Source of the DNA: Mobula hypostoma
Lineage: Eukaryota
Assembly (NCBI RefSeq): GCF_963921235.1
Contig: NC_086126.1
Location: forward strand, 18,042,001 to 18,106,000
Reading direction: 5' to 3'
DNA length: 64,000 nt
A program made the translations under genes and the position numbers. This document shows positions 26,400 to 39,382 of this stretch, piece by piece; position 1 is the stretch's first letter, and every line of letters begins with the position of its first letter. The notes under the pieces are model-generated. The model made no database searches. It saw only the letters and a list, made by a program, of their open reading frames with translations, and was not told where the DNA came from.

Positions 26400-26905
26400 G
26401 AGAGGTTACAGCAGTGCAAAACAATACCATAATTTGATTAAGAACAAGCCATGGGCACGGTAAAAATAGTCTCAAAGTCCCAAGTCGATCGACTCCCAAG
26501 TCCCGATAGCAGGCGGCAAAAGGGAGAAGGTCCCTGCCATAAACCTCCAGGCACTGTCAACTTGCCGATGCCTTGGAAGCAGCCGACCACAGCCGACACT
26601 GAATCCGTCCGTCTGACAACTTCGAGCCTCCGACCAGCCTCTCCGATACAGCCTCCCGAGCGCCACCCTCTGCTGAAACACGCAAAGCCGAGGATTTCAG
26701 GACCTTCTGCTCCGGGTTTCCAGTTACCACACAGTAGCGGCAGCAGTGAAGAGGGCATTTCATAAGCTTTACAGATATTGCTCCATACTCTCCCGTCTGT
26801 CTCCATCAAATCAGAATTGTGCACGGTCCCCTACTTGACAGATAACAGATATTCATTATCGGAGAGGCCGTGCGCACTGCCGTTGCACCGCCATCTTCTC
26901 CTCCC
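26400..26905 (-). mobile_element. GC-rich interspersed repeat, probably a LINE 5'-UTR-derived or non-autonomous element
   Basis: CpG-rich island within AT-richer TE debris. It begins on the minus strand with AAGATGGCG, a YY1-type motif common at LINE 5' ends. Family not identified. Confidence 0.35.
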
Positions 26906-26929
26906 AATAATGGAGGAGTCTGGAACCAA

Positions 26930-29600
26930 ACCAGACCCTCAACAGAAAGAGGCCCCTCTAGAATAGAGATGAGTAATTTCTTTAGTCAGAAAGTGATGAA
27001 TCAATGGATTTCATTTCCACAGGCAGCCATAAAGGCAGTCAGTAGGTTTATTTAAAGCAGAGATTAGTAGATTTTTAATTATTATTAAGGCTATCAAAGT
27101 TTATGGTTAGAAGGCAGGAGAATGGGGTAGAGAGGGATATATGATGGAATGGCAAAACAGACTGAATGGGCCAAAAGGCCTAATCCTGCTCCTATGACTT
27201 CAGGACTGATGGTTTATGCGGTGCCATTGTTTAAAAAGGGTAATGGAAACTACAGGCCCGTCAGTTTGTAATTTGTTGGAGGGGTTTCTAAAGAACAGGA
27301 TCTACTGACATTTGGCTTGATTCAAGACAGTTGGCACAGTTTTGTGTAAGGGAAATCATGTCTGGTAAATTTCTTGCAGCCCTTTGAAGGGTTTCACAAG
27401 GGTGTAGATGAGGTAAGGGCTGTGGATGTCCATATGGACATTAGCCAGGCCTTTGACTCTAGTCTGGATGGTTAGATCCATAAAATAGAATCCGGGGAGA
27501 TAGTTGATTGATTTCATAATTGCCTCGGTAACAGGAGGCAGAGGCTGATGGTTGAAGGTTGTGCCTCAGACTGGAGTTCTCTGTCTGGTGGTGTGCCACT
27601 GGGTGGCGGGACCTTTGTTACTTGTAATTTATATAAATAATGTCCATGTGAGTGGATGACATTTGCAATTTTCCTACCACACCAGAATCCAGAGATTATG
27701 GAGAGAATATTACTAAAACTGCCACAATCTCTTCAGCCACATCTTTCATAGCACTGGTCTAGATAATCTGGTCCAGGTGAATTATCTACTTCCAGACCTT
27801 TCAGTTTCCCAAGGACCATCTCCCTAGTAAAGGCAAAATCACTCATTTCTACTCCCTGATTCTCTTGAAATTCCAGCAGACTGCTAATGTCTTCCCCAGT
27901 GAAGACTGATGCACAATACTTATTCAGTTTGTCTGCCATTTTCCTATACCCCATTACTACCTCTCCAGTAACAACTTCCAATGAACCAATATCTACTTTT
28001 GCCTCTCTTTTACACTTTGTATATCTGAAGAAACTTTTGGTATCCTCTTTAATACCTGTGGCTAGCTTACCTTCGTATTCCAACTTTTTCCTCTCTTTAT
28101 GACTTTTTTTGTTGCCTTCTGTTGGTTTTAAAAGTTGTAAATCCTCTGAGAGTCAGGGACATCTCGGAGCAGATACAGAACAGGTGTTCATTCAGCCAGA
28201 GGTGGTGGTTCACGTCGGTACCAATGGACAGGTAAAAAATGGATGATGTCCCACAGTGAATATAGAGAGTTAGGGAACAAGTTATGGAGCAGAACCTGAA
28301 AGATTGTAATCTCCGGGTTACTGCCAGTGCCCTGTAGTAGTAGGGATACAAACAGAAAGTGAGAGCAGATTAATGTGTGGCTAAGGAGCTGATACAAGGA
28401 TGGGCTTTCAGGATTACAGAACATTGGAACCTCGTCTGGTGCTGGGGTGACTTGCACAAGATGGATGATTTATAATTTCACTGGAGGGGGGTCAGTATGA
28501 TGAGGTTCATTGCTGCTCCCTATGAGGGTTGAAACAAGATTGACAGGGGAATGTGAAACAGAACACCATTCACTGAATGGAGAGATTGAAGCTGAGTTAG
28601 ATGCCATTCACAGCAATACATAAAGATGGATTTTGCAGCAAATCCACATCTGACCTGGAGTTCTTTAAAGACCAGTGCAGTGTTTCAGGGCCAGTTTGTT
28701 CCAGTAAGAGGGAGGGTCAAGGATGGCAAGGTTCAGGAACCTTGGATGATGAGACAAGAAGTTAATTTAGTCAAGGAGGAGGAAGAAGCATAAGTAAGGC
28801 TTAGGAAGCTGGAATCAAACAGGGTGATTGAGAGCCATATTTAAAAAAAAACAGGGGAACTCAAGAACGTTTGGAGAGCTGGAAACAGTGATGAAAAATC
28901 TCCGGCAAGTAGGATTGAAGATAATCCCATTGCATTCCATACATTCGCTGTGGTGAAAAGGATACCTAGGGCTGCACTTTGGGAGATCCAACATCAAGGG
29001 TGTGTACACAGTTAATGGCAGGAACATTAACAGTATTGACAAAGAGAAGGATGTTGAGGTTCGGAGACATCGGTTCTCTAAAACTGGGAGCACAGGTTGG
29101 TAGGGAAGTAAAGTTGGTGTATGGCATGTTTACCTTCATCAGGCAAGGCATTGAGTTCAAGCTCCAGGACATTATGTTACAGGTTTATAAAATGCTGGTT
29201 AGACCACATTGAGAGTACAGTGTTCAGTTCTGATCACCTCATTATCGGAAGCATGTGGAGGGTTTGGAGCAGGATGTCTGGAGGAGGTGTGCACTGAGGA
29301 GAGGCTCGACATGCTGAAACTTTTTCTTCTGGAGTGGCGTCGGCTCAGGAGAGATTTGACAAAAACTTGTGGAATTTTGTGGGTCATAGTTGCTGTAGAC
29401 GGCCAGTAATATTTTTCACAAAAGGGATGTATTTAAGCTCAGAGGAAGAAAGTGAAGACAACAGATTGATGGAGACATGGAATGCACTGTCAGGGGTGGT
29501 GGCAGAGGCGGAGAGCGCAGGAGTATTTAAGGAAATCTTAGACAGACACAGGAATATGTAGAGAAGGGCCAAAGGGCCACTCCTGTACTGTCCTTTGTTC
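26930..29600. mobile_element. Mosaic of decayed CR1 fragments in both orientations
   Basis: ORF 27733-28083 (KEDTKSFFRY..ADKLNKYCASVFT..SPGPD), an esterase remnant at about 28190-28490 and RT 3' remnants at 28960-29560. Confidence 0.7.
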
Positions 29601-29659
29601 TCTGAACAGCAGTTGGCCTCTGGGCATGGATCAGTGCATGAGACTGGGATATTATATTG

Positions 29660-29853
29660 AAAAGTTAAAGTCTGTCCCGAGCCTTGTGGCCCATCAGGCC
29701 GTGCTTATGCCGGTTTCTCTGGCGTGAAGCGACTGAGAATACGAGACTCTCCCGCCCCCCCACCACCCCATAGGAGGCCAGTCTATCGCCAGGTTAACCC
29801 CCAGCATTTGCCCGTACCCATTTTCAGCTGGGTGGACTGGAGCAGTGTGTGGT
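29660..29853 (-). mobile_element. tRNA-SINE 3' half resembling the MetaSINE-type central domain
   Basis: Minus strand CCACCCAGCTGAAAATGGGTAC...GCTGGGGGTTAACCTGGCGATAGACTGGC...AGTCGCTTCACGCCAGAGAAACCGG...GGCCTGATGGGCCAC resembles, from recall, a widespread metazoan SINE body. Confidence 0.5.
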
Positions 29854-30118
29854 TATCCCCAACAGAAAAAATGATTGTCGGAGGGGCGGGACCGGCAACT
29901 CAGTTTCACAGTACAAATGCTACAGGTACGATGGAGTGGAGGGGAGAGAGACGGAGAGATGTGTTTGACCAGGGAGAACATCTCAGAGGTACTTAGAGAA
30001 GATATCCCTGGGAATTGCCCCATCATGTTGACTGGGACCACCACACTGCAAAAGGGTTAGTGGAGCAGAATTTATTCTGGGTCCGGTTTTATCCATCAGT
30101 GTTTAGAAGTTCCTACTA

Positions 30119-30232
30119 GAGACAGGACAGCACTGAACCTCCTTGTCGATCCACCCACCCCCTCCCTTTTCTCCCTGGCACAAACAAACGTCTGTTCTCA
30201 GAGCGACCCACCGCCTCACAGAGGGAACCATG
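30119..30232 (+). pseudogene. Highly decayed histone H4 3'-end relic
   Basis: GCACAAACAAACGTCTGTTCTCAGAGCGACCCACCGCCTCACAGAGGGAACC matches the H4 3' flank (minus strand of 60178-60226: GCACAACACAAAGGCTCTTCTAAGAGCCACCCACCGCCTCACAGACGGAGCC). Confidence 0.55.
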
Positions 30233-30813
30233 TCTTAGGAGATCTGACCAAAGTGTCCCTTTCTTTGCATAATGTTGATTTATATTTCAGAGACCCAGGT
30301 GGACAAGATTTTCAGTAAATACTGTCAGTTCCACAGGGTTAATGTACTTTTGTAGATAAATGTAAAGCTGCAAATATTGTTGTTCTGTGAGGCGGTGGGA
30401 ATTTCTCATGAATCAACCAGCAGGCGATGTTCCCGCCTGCTGCACACCGGAACGGTCCAGGATCAACCCGCAATGTGAAACCCAGACAACGCGGTTTCAG
30501 GTCATGAAGAGCGGAATCGTTCAATGATCGGAGATTAAATTCACCCTCCGCGGGCTGACTCTGAAAGTTCATTTCCCCACCCCGCAAGGGGAGAGAGCTC
30601 TATTCAGCCAGCAGAGAGGGGAAATGAGTCAGGGTGAAGCGGACCGCGTACTGTGCAGACTTATACCGGTTTAATTCGCGGAAGAAACACGACGGAAAGA
30701 GAAAACGTTACCAGGGATGGCTCCGGTCGGGGCCGCGGCTGTGACAGATACACAGCCCAGTTACTCTGAACGGAAATCACCCGCTGCTCAGCCCTTCCAC
30801 AGATACCGTGAGT

Positions 30814-30829
30814 GGCTCTCAAAAGAGCC
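30814..30829 (-). promoter_or_regulatory. Histone 3' stem-loop of H2A
   Basis: Minus strand GGCTCT-TTTG-AGAGCC-ACTCA. Confidence 0.9.
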
Positions 30830-30859
30830 TTTGGGTAAATGGGTTCAGTTTACATTGCT

Positions 30860-31097
<238 letters not shown>

Positions 31098-31152
31098 TTC
31101 CAGTATCACAATAACTAAATGAAAGAATGTTCACCCCGCCCCACCTAGCCCT

Positions 31153-31350
31153 TTTTATACCTTCTTTGAGAATGCAAACTGATGTTTCTGATTGGTGTAA
31201 TCGTGCTTATTATCATTGGTGAAGAAAAATGTCCCAATCGAAGAACTCAGCATTCAGCATTCACCAATCAGCATTCCGTAAAGGTATAAACCGCGGTAGT
31301 GTAACCGTCTCCTCCCCAAAATACACTACAATTTCGAAAAAGCCCGCCAA
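31153..31350 (-). promoter_or_regulatory. H2A promoter (TATA, several CCAAT boxes, E2F/CHR-like element)
   Basis: TATAAAA at 31159-31153, CCAAT/ATTGG at 31191, 31215, 31234 and 31264, and TTGGCGGG-CTTT-TTCGAA at 31350-31333. Confidence 0.7.
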
Positions 31351-31981
31351 AAATAAACCTATTGTTCAAATTTAATCAGAAATTAAATAATTGCTGATCT
31401 GTTTGACGATAAAGTGTTCGCATCTCCCCGTTCCTGAAACCGGGCACACTTAAAGCAAGTGTAATTGATATTGCAATGTCTGGGCACTCAGTTCTCTAAT
31501 TTCTTTCAACCCGTAACGGAAACGAGTGAAACCGACCCCTGCTGCCGCCCGCGGTCGGTCATTGTGTAAAGGTTATCAGGTTATGGACAAACGGCTCTTC
31601 TGAAACTGTGACCAGCCTCTAGTCTGCAATTTTAAAAGAAGTTTTTTCCATGAAAGAACCATGAACTTGTTCAGGACTCGCATTGAAATAATATTCAGAG
31701 GTTCCCCAACTGTAACTAATAAACTCCTGAACCTACAGCTAAAACAGCAACGGCAGCAATCCTCTGCTCGACATGGATACCGGCAGGGACGGACTGATGG
31801 GGATGGGGAGGTAACAATTCCGTGTCAGTGCAGTGGGAGGAATGTAAAGCACAGGGATTATATAGAGAAGAGTAACCGGATATTCCAGCCGTACTTTAGC
31901 ACTTGTAAAAGCCACCAAACATAAAATGTGCGCTATTTACTGTCTAAATTTTAGTACAACTCTCTCAGTGAAATCGTGAGT

Positions 31982-31997
31982 GGCTCATAAAAGAGCC
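31982..31997 (-). promoter_or_regulatory. Histone 3' stem-loop of H2B with a broken top pair
   Basis: Minus strand GGCTCT-TTTA-TGAGCC; U-U replaces the U-A closing pair. Confidence 0.85.
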
Positions 31998-32028
31998 GTT
32001 GTGTTTTCGATCATCTCACTGGGGAGCT

Positions 32029-32403
32029 TCACTTGGAGCTGGTGTACTTGGTCACCGCCTTTGTCCCTTCGGACACGGCGTGCTTGGCCAGCTCCCCGGG
32101 CAGCAGCAGGCGCACGGCGGTCTGGATCTCCCGGGAGCTGATGGTTGACCGCTTGTTGTAATGGGCCAGGCGGGAAGCCTCGCCCGCGATGCGCTCGAAA
32201 ATATCGTTGACGAATGAATTCATGATGCTCATGGCCTTGGAGGAGATGCCGGTGTCGGGGTGAACCTGCTTCATCACTTTGTAGATGTAAATGGCGTAAG
32301 TCTCCTTCCTCGACCTCTTGCGCTTCTTGCCAGACTTGCTCGCTGGTTTGGACAAAGCTTTCTTGGCGCCCTTCTTGGGAGCGGGTTTCGCTGGATCCGG
32401 CAT
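32029..32403 (-). CDS. H2B: Histone H2B (124 aa, intact ORF)
   Basis: [15 protein letters not shown]...[27 protein letters not shown]...[17 protein letters not shown] box and octamer-like CTCATTAACAT lie upstream. Confidence 0.92.
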   Translation of the reverse strand: MPDPAKPAPKKGAKKALSKPASKSGKKRKRSRKETYAIYIYKVMKQVHPDTGISSKAMSIMNSFVNDIFERIAGEASRLAHYNKRSTISSREIQTAVRLLLPGELAKHAVSEGTKAVTKYTSSK

Positions 32404-33784
32404 TTCCTGGTCGGTTTCAAACACGATAATGAGCAGAAGCTGTTCGGAGCGCGGATTAAATAGGCAGCGCCCAAAGCGGGATGTTAATGAGGATGGGAAT
32501 TCTGAGCATTTCCATTGGCTGTTTGGAGAAATGAGTCACCAATCGGAACGCTGGGGGATGGGAAGCGGCGCCAATGGGCGGGGTTAACGCTGTCATTTAA
32601 TGTGGGAGGAGGTACTGAAGGGCAGAGACAGGCCGGTGCGCGGGCTGAAATTGAAAAGGGAAACGCAAATTTCAAAAGCAGAATGAAAACAAAAACAGAT
32701 GAAATATTGTAAAATTAAACACTAAGACGTTTTGTTCCTGACACGGCAGCAGGAGAGTGAAGGAGAGACTTGGACATTTCAATGTAAAGTTTAAAATCGA
32801 GTTTATTTATGCACAGGTGAAAGGAACAACGTATTTGTAGCAACACTACAGACACATTGCATCAGAGACACAACATTGACAAGAAACACTGGTATGAAAT
32901 ATGAATTATACCAAAATATTCAAATAGACAGAAGACTATCAGAACAAAACCAACATAACAAAGGGATTATCCGGGCAGTGGAAGAATCATCCCGCTTGTG
33001 TTTCTTCATCTCGTCACTCCAGAATCAGTGTCATGCAACCTTGTCACTTTGATCTGGCCCATGCCTCATTAACCAAGTCCAACACTTGCCTTCATTGGAT
33101 CTTCCTCCTCCTTACACTAGTCATCGGGTTTGTGGGGGTTGGTGCCCCGCCCCCTTGGACCTCAGGATTAGGTTTGAGGGTAGAGCTGGTGGATATATAT
33201 GTCGGGCTGGGAGAGATAATGCTGTAGAGTTTAGTATGGTGAGATAGGTGGGGCTATGGTGGATAGGGTAGTGTAGTGGAGCCACTTTAATCTGGCCCAT
33301 GCCTTTCATTAACGTGGCCTTACACTACTTGGCTTAATGAACCGGCTGTACAAAGGGACACATCATTAGTAATACAACTTAGGGTCATTGGCTGTTTTGG
33401 GTATTTAATCATGATGCACCCTCACCCAGGTGACCCAGTCAGGGTTGATCAGACCTGGCTTGTGTTTATCCCACAGACCAAGGTAACAAGAGGCATGTAA
33501 TTCTGTATGTCGTCGCTTTATTTTGACCATTTGGGGAGTACAATGTTCTGAGGCCTAGTAATCAGGCTTTACCTTCAAGTAAGGTTCAACTTCCCCACTT
33601 TAAATTTAAACCTGTGTTTATTTTGCATCTGTATGCCTGGGATTGCATGGGTTAAATTAACAGTGTTTACTGCAGTACAAATTCGTGATTAAGGTTGTGT
33701 AGATTGATCCATAATTCCAAAATGCAAAAATCTCTGAAACTCAGAATTTTTTGTGCTGACATGACATCACAAATGGAGAATTTT

Positions 33785-34245
33785 ACTCAGGATTATATGG
33801 CTTGTCTAATGAAGAGAGTTTCATGACTCTGGGCCTCTATTCACTGGATTTTCGAAGAAAGAAGGGTTACCGAATTCAAAACTATCAAATAGTGAAAGGG
33901 CTTCAGTGACTGGATGTGGAGAGGATATTTCCTGTGGTGGGAGTGTCTAAAACGGGACCCCACAGCTTCAAAATAGAGGGTCATCCTTTTAGAATGGAGA
34001 CGAGGAGGAATTTCTTCAGCCAGAGAGTGGTGAATCTATGGAATTTTTTGCCACAGGTAGCTGTGGAGGCCAAATCACTGGGTACAGGCAGAGATTGATA
34101 GATTCTTGATTGGTCAGGGCATGAAGGGATACAAAGGAGGGCAGGAGATTGGGGCTGAGAGGAAAAATTGATCAGTGATGATGAAATGCCAGAGAAGGCT
34201 CGACAGGCAAAATGGCCGAATTCTGCTCCTATATCTTATGGACTC
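33785..34245 (+). mobile_element. CR1 3' fragment
   Basis: ERIFPVVGVSKT..HSFKIEGHPFRMETRRNFFSQRVVNLWNFLP followed by a 3' UTR. Confidence 0.85.
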
Positions 34246-34582
34246 ACTTAGTGACTAAAACTCTCCCAGAGACTGTTGATCTCAGCTTTGACTCAACCCA
34301 GCACCTGAGGCTCCACATTACTTATATAAGGAATACAGAAGTTCATTGTTCTCTGATTAAAGAAATAACATCTCATTTCCATCCTGAATGTCAATGAACC
34401 ATTCACTTCTGAACCTTGGTCATATATGGTTGTATGAATCACTCACTGCACCCGTCTCTATTTTGTTGTGTAGTACAACACCTCGAACCTTCTCTATTTC
34501 TCTGATTTACAATTTATCTCCACATAAATCATAGCCTGACTTTTGATTCCTCCTACCACTCTACATGCCATCACACCTCACC

Positions 34583-35075
34583 TCATGAACATTGACTTCT
34601 CAAACTTCCGCTAATGCCCCACCTCCCCCTCGTACCCCATCAGTTATTTATTTATATACACCCATTCTTTTTCTCTCTCTCCTTTTTCTCCCTCTTTCCC
34701 TCTCACTATACCCCTTGCCCATCCTTTGGGTTTTCCCCCCTCCCCCTTTTCTTTCTCCCTGGGTCCTCTCACTATACTCCTTGCTCATCCTCTGGGTTTC
34801 TCCCCCCCCCACCACCTTTTCTTTCTCCCTAGCACTCCTGTCCCATGGCCCTCTCATATCCCTTTTGCCAATCAACTGTCCAGCTCTTGGCTCCATCCTT
34901 CCCCTTTCTGTCTTCTATCATTTTGGATCTCCCCCTCTGCCTCCCACTTTCAAATCTCTTACTAGCTCTTCTTTCAGTTAGTCCAGATGAAGGGTCTCGG
35001 CCCGAAACGTCGAATGTACCTCTTCCTAGAGATGGTACCTGGCCTGCTGCGTTCACCAGCAACGTTGATGTGTGT
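34583..35075 (+). mobile_element. Penelope-like 3' end and pseudo-LTR with a core-mutated hammerhead (34980-35014)
   Basis: ATGAACATTGACTTCTCAAACTTCCGCTAA (MNIDFSNFR*), a long C/T tract, then AGTC-CAGATGA-A-GGGTCTCGGCCC-GAAA-CG-TC-GAAT. Confidence 0.75.
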
Positions 35076-36594
35076 CCCACGTTAAACTCCATTTACCGAG
35101 TATTCTGCTCACCAGCTTCCCCATGTCCCATTGGAGAGATGAAAGTCCAATCACAATATGTCCCCCACCACATTCCCTGTGATTGCCACCGCGGATTCCT
35201 CACTCTCTGCCCCTCCTTCGGGTCATTAATATTAATAATAGATCATGGACGATCCAGACCTATTATTCTGTCTCAGTATGATAACCAGTCTTCAGTCAGT
35301 ATTAACACACTTCCTTCCCAGGACTGGGCTCTGGTCTTGTGCACCACCAGCCTTACATGTGGCACCTTGGCAAATGGCTCCTGAAAATCCAAAAACACCA
35401 CTTCTCCAACTTCCCCTGTAAAGTCTCAAACCTCTGGTATGTTTGTCAAACATGATTTAATATTCTACAACCCAGGTTACCGTGTCCAAGACCGGGTTCC
35501 AGATGGACAGGGTGGTGATGATTGTACAATACATTGGTTTGGCCGCATTTCACAAATAGTGTTTAGTTTTAGTGACCCTGCAGTATGATGGACACCATTA
35601 AGCTGGAAAGAGAGCAGAGGAGATTTACAGAGATGTTACTGGATCTCCACGATTTGTGGAAAGATGTTTCGGACAATTTTCCTTGGAATTTTGGAGAATG
35701 AGTGCTGATATTGTAGAATAAAATTATAAAATCATGAGGGACCTGGAGGCTGGTCAGTAAATGGAATGATCTGCTAGGGGGAGTGGTTGAGTCAGGTACA
35801 TTAAAAAGGTACTTGGACAGGTAGATGGGAAGGAAAGGTTTTAAAGGATATGGGTCAAATGCAGAGAAATGGGACAAGGAGGAGGATAGCCTTGTTCATA
35901 ATGTGGTGAGGGGGTTACAGACCACAAGCTCAGATGGGAACTTTGGTCATCGTAGAATCTGTGTGAATCTGACAGCGGACCCTGTTGAGTTAGTTCAATG
36001 ACATTAAACCTTTCCAAATGACTTGTTATTTCTTCATAGGTTATTGATTCCAGTACCTGAAGTGCAGTTAACAGAACGACAGTTATTGCTTTTTATCTTC
36101 CACCCTTCTTCAACAATGCTTTTCAACTCCACTGGGACCTTTCTGTGACACAGTGAGTTTTGACAGACTTCAGTGTCTCTACTTTCTCTCCAGACTTCTT
36201 GTGAAACCCTCCAGTGCAGGTCGTTAGGACCTGGTAACGTTTGCTTTTAGTCTCATAAGTTTCTCCCTTGTGATGGCGATCGTTACACATTATGGCACAA
36301 AGTTGAAATATCACCATTAGATACATGTGGGATGTTTGCTGTCCCCCACCATGAACACTAATGCAAATTATTGAGTTAACTTCTCTGTGTGTCCCTTGTT
36401 ACTTTTAGCTTTTATCTCATCACTGGTTCCTAGAAAATTCCTGATTCTCTTGTCTACCACCAGCCCTTGCCTCTTTGTATGTTCTTTGATTTAATATTTC
36501 CTTGAATGCCTTTGACCACACCTCAGGATCTTGAGGGAACTCCTACCCATGTCTTCTTTCCCTCCCCCTTTCACCATCACTGTCCCTAGATGTA

Positions 36595-37556
36595 AAGTGC
36601 CCATGAAAATTACTCACACCCCTTGGAAGTTTTCATGTTTTGTTGTTTTACAACATTGAATCTCAGTGGATTCAATTTGGCTTTTTTTTGAAACTAATCA
36701 ATGGAAATAGACTCTTTTGTGTCAAAGTGAAAACAAATCTCTACAAAATGTTCTCAATTAATTACAAATCTGAAATACAAAATAATTGTCTGTTTCAGTA
36801 TTCACCCACTTTAATATGACACACCAAATCATCACTGGTGCAGCCAATTAGTTTTTGAAGTTACATAATCAGTTAAATGGAGATGACCATGTGCAGTCAA
36901 GGTGTTTCAATTGATTGTAGTAATAATACACCTGTAAGTGGAAGGTCGAACTGCTGGTGAGTCAGTATCCTGGGAGAAACTACACCGTGAAGACAAATCA
37001 ACACTCCAAGCTGCTGTGCAAAAAGGTAATTTAAAATCACAAGCCAGGAGATGGATACAAGAAAATTTCCAAGTCACTGAATGCCCTTGGAGTATAGTTA
37101 AGTCACTGATCCAGAAGTGGGAAGAATATGGCACAGCTGTAAATCTGCCAAGAGCAGGCTATCCTCAAAAACTGAGTGGCCATGCAAGAAGGGGCCAGTG
37201 AGGGAGGCCACCAAGAGACCTATGATAACTCTAGAGGAGTCACAAGCTTCAGTGGTGGGAGAGATTGTGCATACATCAACTGTTGCCCGGGTGTTTCACC
37301 AGTCACAGCTTTATGGGAGAGTGGCAGAGAAAAAGCCACTGTTGAAAAATGCTGCCATGAAATCTTGCCTGAAGTTTCCCAGAATTGTGGGGGACTCTGA
37401 AGTTAGTTGGAAGAAGATTCTATGGTCTGAAAAGAACAAAGTTGAACTTTTTGACCATCACAAACACTAAGTTTGGAGTAAGCAGAACACCACACAACAT
37501 CTAAAACACACCATCCCTACCGTGAAGTATGGTGGAGGCTGCATCATCCTGCGGGT
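36595..37556 (+). mobile_element. Tc1 relic, paralog of 9209-12047, truncated by CR1
   Basis: Same TA|AAGTGCC end. Transposase remnants include GDGYKKISKSL, GRVAEKKPLL, WKKILWSE..KVELF and PTVKYGGGCIIL. Confidence 0.88.
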
Positions 37557-39382
37557 ATAGAACATAGAATAGTACAGCACAGTATAGGCCCTTCAGCCCA
37601 TAATGTTGTGCCAACCCTCAAACCCTGCCTCCCATATAAGCCCCAACTTAAATTCCTCCATATACCTGTCTAATAGTCTCTTAAACTTCACTGGTGTATC
37701 TGCCTCCACCACTGACTCAAGCAGTGCATTCCATGCACTAACCACTCTCTGAGTAAAAAACCTTCCTCTAATATCCCCCTTGAACTTCCCACCCCTGACC
37801 TTAAAGCCACGTCCTCTTGTATTGAGCAGTTGTGCCCTGGGGAAGAGGCACTGGCTATCCACTCTATCTATTCCTCTTATTATCTTGTACACATCTATCA
37901 TGTCTCCTCTCAGCCTCCTTCTCCCCAAAGCGTAAAGCCCTAGCTCCCTTAATCTCTGATCATAATGCATACTCTCTAAACCAGGCAGCATCCTCTGTAC
38001 CCTTTCCAATGCTTCCACATCCTTCCTATAGTGAGGAGACCAGAACTGGACCAGTACTCCAAGTGTGGCCAAACCAGAGTTTTATAGAGCTGCATCATTA
38101 CATCGTGACCCTTAAACTCTGTTCCTCAACTTATGAAAGCTAACACCCCATAAATTTTCTTAACTACCCTATCTACCTGTGAGGCAACTTTCAGGGATCT
38201 GTGGACATGTTCCCCAAGATCCCTCTGCTCCTCCACACTACCAAGTATCCTGCCATTTACTTTGTACTCTGCCTTTGAGTTTGTCCTTCCAAAGTGTACC
38301 ACCTCACACTTCTCTGGGTTGAACTCCATCTGCCACTTCTCAGCCCACTTCTGCAGCCTATCAATGTCTCTCTGCAATCTTTGACAATCCTCTACACTAT
38401 CCACAACACCACCAACCTTTGTGTCATCTGCAAACTTGCCAACCCCCCTTTCTACCCCCACATCCAGGTCGTTAATAAAAATCACAAAAAGTAGAGGTCC
38501 CAGAACAGATCCTTGTGGGACACCACTAGTCACAATCCTCCAATCTGAATGTACTCCCTCCACCACGACCCTCTACCTTCTGCAGGCAAGCCAATTCTGA
38601 ATCCACCTAGCCAAACTTCCCTGGATCCCATGCCTTCTGACTTTCTGAATTAGTCTACCATGTGGAACCTTGTCAAATGCCTTACTAAAATCCATATAGA
38701 TCACATTCACTGCACTACCCTCATCTATATGCCTGGTCACCTCCTCAAAGAACTCTATCAGGCTTGTTAGACACGATCTGCCCTTCACAAAGCCATGCTG
38801 ACTGTCCCTGATCAAACCATGATTCTCTAAATGCCCAGAGATCCTATCTCTAAGAATCTTTTCCAACAGCTTTCCAACCACAGACGTAAGGCTCACTGGT
38901 CTATAATTACCCGGACTATCCCTACTACCTTTTTTGAACAAGGGGACAACATTCGCCTCCCTCCAGTCCTCCGGTACCATTCCCGTGGACAACAAGGACA
39001 TAAATATCCTAGCCAGAGGCTCATCAATCTCTTCCCTCGCCTCGTGGAGAAGCCTGGGGAATATTCTGTCAGGCCCCGGGGACTTTTCCGTCCTAATGTA
39101 TTTTAACAACTCCAACACCTCCTCTCCCTCAATATCAACATGCTCCAGGACATCAACCTCATTCATATTGTCCTCACCATCATCAAGTTCCCTCTCATTG
39201 GTGAATACTGAAGAGGTATTCATTGAGGACCTCACTCACTTCCACAGCCTCCAGGCACATCTTCCCACCTTTATCTCTAATTGGTCCTACCTTCACTCCT
39301 GTCATCCTTTTTTTCTTCACATAATTGAAGAATGCCGTGGGGTTTTCCTTTACTCGCCAAGGCCTTCTCATGCCCCCTTCTT
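37557..39382 (-). mobile_element. Relatively young 5'-truncated CR1 (ORF2 RT, few lesions)
   Basis: ORFs 38573-39235, 38126-38566 and 37593-38072 give a nearly continuous RT (NYRPVSLTSVVGKLLE, YMDFSKAFDKVPH, GVPQGSVLGP, KFADDTK). The tail is intact. Confidence 0.93.

Larger units (their letters stand above)
31230..32763. repeat. H2B unit duplicated in inverted orientation at about 40718-42229
   Basis: The H2B gene, its promoter and about 0.8 kb of H2B-H2A spacer match the reverse complement of 40718-42229. Confidence 0.88.

Noticed and set aside
32404-32424. N-terminally extended H2B (MFETDQE...) and H2A (MILE...) in the ORF track
   Set aside because: These use non-ATG upstream starts in the 5' UTR. 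The conserved starts are 32403 and 31097.
34592-34981. Pro/Leu/Phe-rich ORFs suggesting membrane proteins
   Set aside because: They come from the low-complexity pyrimidine tract of the Penelope-like 3' region.
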